NCBI GenBank assembly: GCA_001643675.2
Contig: LSRY02000061.1
Coordinates: 248,001 to 312,000, forward strand
Direction: 5' to 3'
Length of the DNA: 64,000 bases
DNA from: Monocercomonoides exilis PA203
Taxonomy: Eukaryota; Protista; Preaxostyla
A program made the translations under genes and the position numbers. Below are positions 59,353-64,000 of this stretch, in pieces. Position 1 is the stretch's first letter. Each line of letters starts with the position of its first letter. The notes beneath the pieces were generated by a model. That model was not told the DNA's origin, ran no database searches, and saw only the letters and a program-made list of their open reading frames with translations.

Positions 59353-62300
59353 ATGGATGAAAAAGAGTTCTTTAATGAGATGAAGCCAACGAAACGGAAA
59401 CGGAAAGATTTATTAATTGATGGAGATGATACTAGTACACATGTTATGAAAGAAAAAAGCATAAATAAGTTGGCTGCTTTAGCGTCAGAGAAGTATTTGG
59501 ATATTGATATGAAATATCCGCCATTTCATTTGATAAAGCCAACAATTGTGCATGCCCCCCATCCAACTTTACCTGGACAATATCTTAGAGGACCAGTTCC
59601 ATTTTTTACAACACTTGTCACCTTTTGCAAGCAAAGATGGATTGGAAAGACAATTGAAGAAGCCTTCACAAAAGAGTTTCCAATTCGAGCAACACAAAAC
59701 GTTTGAATGTTTTTTCTTTATATTTCCATTTATTATTATTTTTAACAAGTTGTATGCTATTGACCATCACAGAATTCTGGTAAATAATAAACCTGTTGAA
59801 AGAAATTATGTTTTAAAAAACGGAGATAAAATTGTTCATGTTATTCATTCTCACGAACCTCTCGTTCTTGACATGCCCACAACACTTGTTTATGACAGTC
59901 CCGATTGTTTCATTGTGAATAAAGCTCCTTCATATCCATGTCATCCAAGTGGAAGATATCATTTTAATTCAATGACTCACATACTTCATTTACCAAATAA
60001 AATTCAATCAAGGATTAATGATATTTTAAATAAAGAGAGCATTGATCCATCTGAGTCAACACTTTCTGAATCTAAAATGGAATCTATTTCATCATCCTTA
60101 AATTCATCTTCATCACCTTCTCTCATTTCATCCACATCACAATCTCCACTTTCAACAGCTTTACCTTCTCATTCACCTTCACAATCTCAATTGGAAACTT
60201 CAGAAGTAGCTGCTTCATCATCATTGGCTTCTTCTTCAACATCAGCTATTCCAAATCAATTTGAAACAACACACATATTGAACCGATTAGATGGCTGTGT
60301 ATCTGGTTGTGTTGTGTTAGGGAAAACTTTGGATTTTGCAACGGCTGTCAGAAATAAATTGACCGCAAGAGAAGTAGAGAAGACTTATGTGGCACGCGTT
60401 TGGGGAGACTTTGGATTGTGCGAAGGTTTGAAAGAAGAGAAAGTGAAGGTAAAGATAAGAAATAGAAAAAAAGCAGATAGAAAGGTTTCAGAAGGAGGAG
60501 AAAATGATGAAATGGAAAAACCGGAAGACATTTGCAAACATAAGGAAATCATGACAAATGAGCGAGATGTGGACAAAGAAGCATCTGATAAATCTCAATT
60601 TCAAACAGTGATTCAGGAAGAAGAATATCCGATGATTAAAAACGAGATAATGAAGATGATAAACGAAGTGAAAGAACACAGAAATATTTCAAGCGATGAA
60701 GGAAACGAGAAATCAGATGAGAAAAACGAAGGTGATGGAGAAGACGATGGGAGCGATATTGAGGTAGAGTTATCAGTTTATACTGTTGTTGTGGATGAGC
60801 AAATTGGGTTTGTTGCTCCAGGCATAAGATCTGTAATTAAGCCATTGGGAAACAATGAGCCAGAGGAAACAGCGGAAAAGAAAGAAGTTTGCGACAGTGC
60901 GTTTGAGCCGATACGAATGAAGCTTTCAGAGCCAGAAGAAGAAGATGGAGTGAAAGATGAATCAGTGAATCAGAATGTTGATGAACTTGAGGATGAACAG
61001 TTAGAAAAATCACAAAAGATGTCACGCAAAGAAAAAAGAGAGAAACAAAAGAAAGAAAAGAAAATGATTAAAGCTCAAAATAGACAATTGATTGAATCGT
61101 TACAAAAGCCAGATGCAAAAGAGAAGCAAAACGCTTCATCATTTTACGATGTTCAGTCTAATTCTGCAGCGTTTTCATCGAAAGAACAACAAAAATTGAT
61201 AGGATCAGAGCCTGTTGCCACGCAAGAGCCAACCCACATTCAAGATATGAAGGGGAAGGATGCTGTGACGAAGTTTACATTTGTGGGGGTGTGCGAATTG
61301 GATGAAAATAGAATGTTTGATGCCAGAAAATGGATGCTGAAAAAGGAAAAAGAGAGAAACGAAGCATTGAACAAAGCTGAAGGAAAAAGCATGCAAGATG
61401 AAAAAGACAAAGAAAGCTCAGAAAGCTTGCATGTGCCTTCAAAGTATCATTCGCTTGTGCTTTGCCATCCGCTTTCAGGAAGAACGCATCAAATTCGTGT
61501 TCATTTAGCATCACTTGGTTTGTTACTTGAAGTTATTTCAAGAACTTTGTAAAATTTCTATTGTATTAATTATGTTTTATTCTCATTGTTTTTATATCAA
61601 CATGAATTGATTTTGAAATGAATGATGAATGAACGAAAATGTTAATCTCTTCAATTGGAGGCTTTCCAATTGTGAATGATTGGCTTTATGGAGGCGATAA
61701 TGCATTCTACTCTGTTTGGAGGCCGCAAAATGAAGATCACTCTGGACGTGTAACTAATCCTTCAGCTAGTTCATCTTCCTCCTCCTCCTCCTCCTCCTCT
61801 TCTTCTTCTTCTTCTTCTTCTGATTCCATTTCAGATATTACCACTTCAACTAATTCAATTCCTTCTCCATCATCTTCAATTAATTTTGAAGACAGCCATT
61901 TGGTGATTGATGGAGTTAGAGTGTCCAACGACAGCTCGATGAAAGGCATCCCTCTCACAGCAATGTCGTTGCGCCATCTGCAATACAGCGATATGCTGAA
62001 GAAAGGTGCGAACTCAAGTTCACTCAAAGATTCTGAAGCCTCTTCACATGAAAAGGAAGATCTTGTAAAGAAAGATGAAAACGAAGAAAGCGGAAAAGCG
62101 GAGGATGTTGCATCATCTGATGCATCAAATGCTCCTTTGCCTTCTTCAGGGTCTTCTCATTCTGAGTCTCAAAAGGCACAGAATCTACTGTCTGAGGTCA
62201 TCGAGAAGCAAACTTTACCTTCAATTGCACTTCCTCAGTTTTCATACGAAACTGACGAGGAGTTTTGTCTCGAGTGCCAGAATTTCAAAAGCAATTGCGT

Positions 62301-62982
62301 TTATGAAGTATGTTAGTGTTGATGTAGTTAAAACATCTTAAAGAGTTTTGAAAAAATCCTTCTGAAATTCAGAATATTTGTTTTTGCTTTTGAAAAAATT
62401 TAACTTTTAACCTTTCATGTATTCCTCCATTTATTATTGGTAATTGGCCTTTTACTTTCTTTCTTCTTTTAACTTTTTATTTGATATGTATATCTTATTT
62501 TTTATTAACTCTAAATCCTATGTAAGGTTAATGATCGATCAATATGCCTTCATTCGCTTCGTTATCGCCTCTGTCCTTCACGTAATCCAGTAACTAACTC
62601 TGCATATTCGAAGCGTCAGAAGAAATTGATGAAGGCTGCCGAAGCAAATTATATTTCAAATAAGGGATCTTCATCTGCTGAAGGATTGGTTGATGCTTCT
62701 ACAGATCAGCATTCATCTGACTTTTTGGAAAGTGAAAATGCGAAAAAAGATGGTGAAAAACTGTCTCAACTGAACGAAAAGCAGAAAAAAAGAATGAAAA
62801 AAGACAAATGTGAAAAGTCAATTCCGAACTTGTTAAAACCAAAAATGGATTTTTCTTTTGCTGTTTCATCTCCTCTTCCTGATTGGGCTCTGATTGATTT
62901 TGAATCTGCTTTTATGGTTCAATTTAGAATTGACTCAATATTCAAAATTATTGAGTCTGAAACAAAATCTGATTTAGAATAA
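59353..62982 (+). CDS. RluA-family pseudouridine synthase (RPUSD2/Pus9/Rib2-like), ~1,072 aa, 4 exons
   Basis: Exons 59353-59700, 59750-61517, 61661-62307 and 62527-62982 splice in frame. Motifs: TFCKQRWIGK, S4-like LKNGDKIVHVIHSHEP, VNKAPSYPCHPSGRY, catalytic NRLDGCVSG, VEKTYVARVWG, PLSGRTHQIRVHLASLG|FPIVNDWLYG, CLEC, ICLHSLRY. Confidence 0.92.
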
Positions 62983-63597
62983 ACACATTTTAATTTTTGA
63001 TTTTTTGATTTTTTTTTTTTTTCCGAATAGATGATTAGAATAAAATAGATTGTTCTGCAATTATTTCAATTATTCAACGAAAATGAGCTATTCGACATGT
63101 TGAACAAAAAAATTGTTTGAAGAGTTGCTCGCATTTTCAGGAATTAACTCTTTTCTATGTTTCTCATATCACTAGGTTTGCAATTGATAATAACAAGTTG
63201 TCAGGGAAGATGTGGAAGAACAACAAGTTGGCTTTGGGATTACTCTGCTTTTCTCTCTGTTAAACACTGTTTATGGCTTTTGTTCAGAGTTTCAGTTGAG
63301 ATTCGCTTCATTTGTTTTGGCAAATGAAAGAGTTGATTTTAATATTTGATTCAAGACAGTGAATAATCTTTCATTTGTCTCTTTGGAAGAAAAGATGGAG
63401 AATTTCTTTGATATTGTTTGCATCAAACCCAAACTGAATTTTTCCCCAAAAAAGAAGTGTATTTTTTTTTTTTTGTTCCTCTTTTTTTCGATTCGAAACA
63501 CGAAAAACACTGAAAGAAAATGAGAATAAAAACGAAAAAATATATCTGCTGCACATTGCAAAAAAAGAACTTTCCGATGAGTTTTCAATCAATCCAA

Positions 63598-64000
63598 TCA
63601 CTCCACCTCGCTTTCAATCGAAAATGATTGTGGCGACAACCACTCAGCTCTTTCAGCAGATGATACAATTGTCTTTGCTGCGCCACAAACAAGTTCTTCA
63701 TCCTCTCTCTCAGCTGAGCCATTTGCCAAATCAAAAGAAAGAGAAAGTGGAGAATGTTCGAAGATGCTGGAAGAGCAATCGTTGAGTGCCTGATTCAGCA
63801 AAGTTGTTGCCTCAGCTTCTGATACACTTTCTGGAGAACAAGGCTGTTCAATCGCGCTTTCCTGTGCATCAAGCGTAGATAATATTTGCTCTGCTGGCTG
63901 GGCGGTGGGTCTCTCCATTTGTTGTGCGCTTGAAGAATGCGGTAAATGCAACTCGTTCCCATCTTCTGAATTAAACTGTGAAGGGCAAATCAATTGATTT
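63598..64000 (-). CDS. 3' end of a gene running off the window (hypothetical, acidic/Ser-rich)
   Basis: 131-codon open frame with coding-like GC content, ending at TGA 63600-63598; the 5' part lies outside the window. Confidence 0.5.
   Translation of the reverse strand, partial: NQLICPSQFNSEDGNELHLPHSSSAQQMERPTAQPAEQILSTLDAQESAIEQPCSPESVSEAEATTLLNQALNDCSSSIFEHSPLSLSFDLANGSAEREDEELVCGAAKTIVSSAERAEWLSPQSFSIESEVE

Noticed and set aside
1-64000. CRISPR arrays, rRNA/tRNA genes, intact transposase or reverse transcriptase
   Set aside because: No repeat-spacer periodicity, cloverleaf or catalytic motifs were seen by eye; a tRNAscan-SE/Infernal run would be needed to exclude small RNAs.

Overview
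Eukaryotic protist genomic DNA using the standard code, with AT-rich intergenic DNA and short GT-AG introns. The style, and the giant membrane-anchored pseudokinase family in particular, points to an oxymonad such as Monocercomonoides; this is recognition from memory, not a database result. After manual splicing the window holds six complete genes and one partial gene: (1) a ~4,430-aa LRR + PP2C phosphatase (-); (2) a head-to-head ~596-aa Cep57/translokin-like coiled-coil protein (+); (3) a ~1,400-aa HEAT-like protein resembling a bacterial/fungal family (-); (4) an intronless 4,038-aa receptor with 8 Cys-capped ~360-aa modules, a TM helix and a degenerate kinase (+); (5) a ~6,960-aa SPAG17/PF6 central-pair homolog that joins two ORF-track ORFs plus two unlisted 5' exons (-); (6) an RluA-family pseudouridine synthase whose ATG is only 42 bp from the SPAG17 ATG (+); (7) the 3' end of a gene at the right edge. 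Notable non-coding signals are a GTTTG-dominated 5' splice-site consensus, a structured hairpin region between divergent genes (14030-14163) and nested inverted repeats at 22.5-23.4 kb. No rRNA, tRNA, CRISPR or intact transposase was seen.
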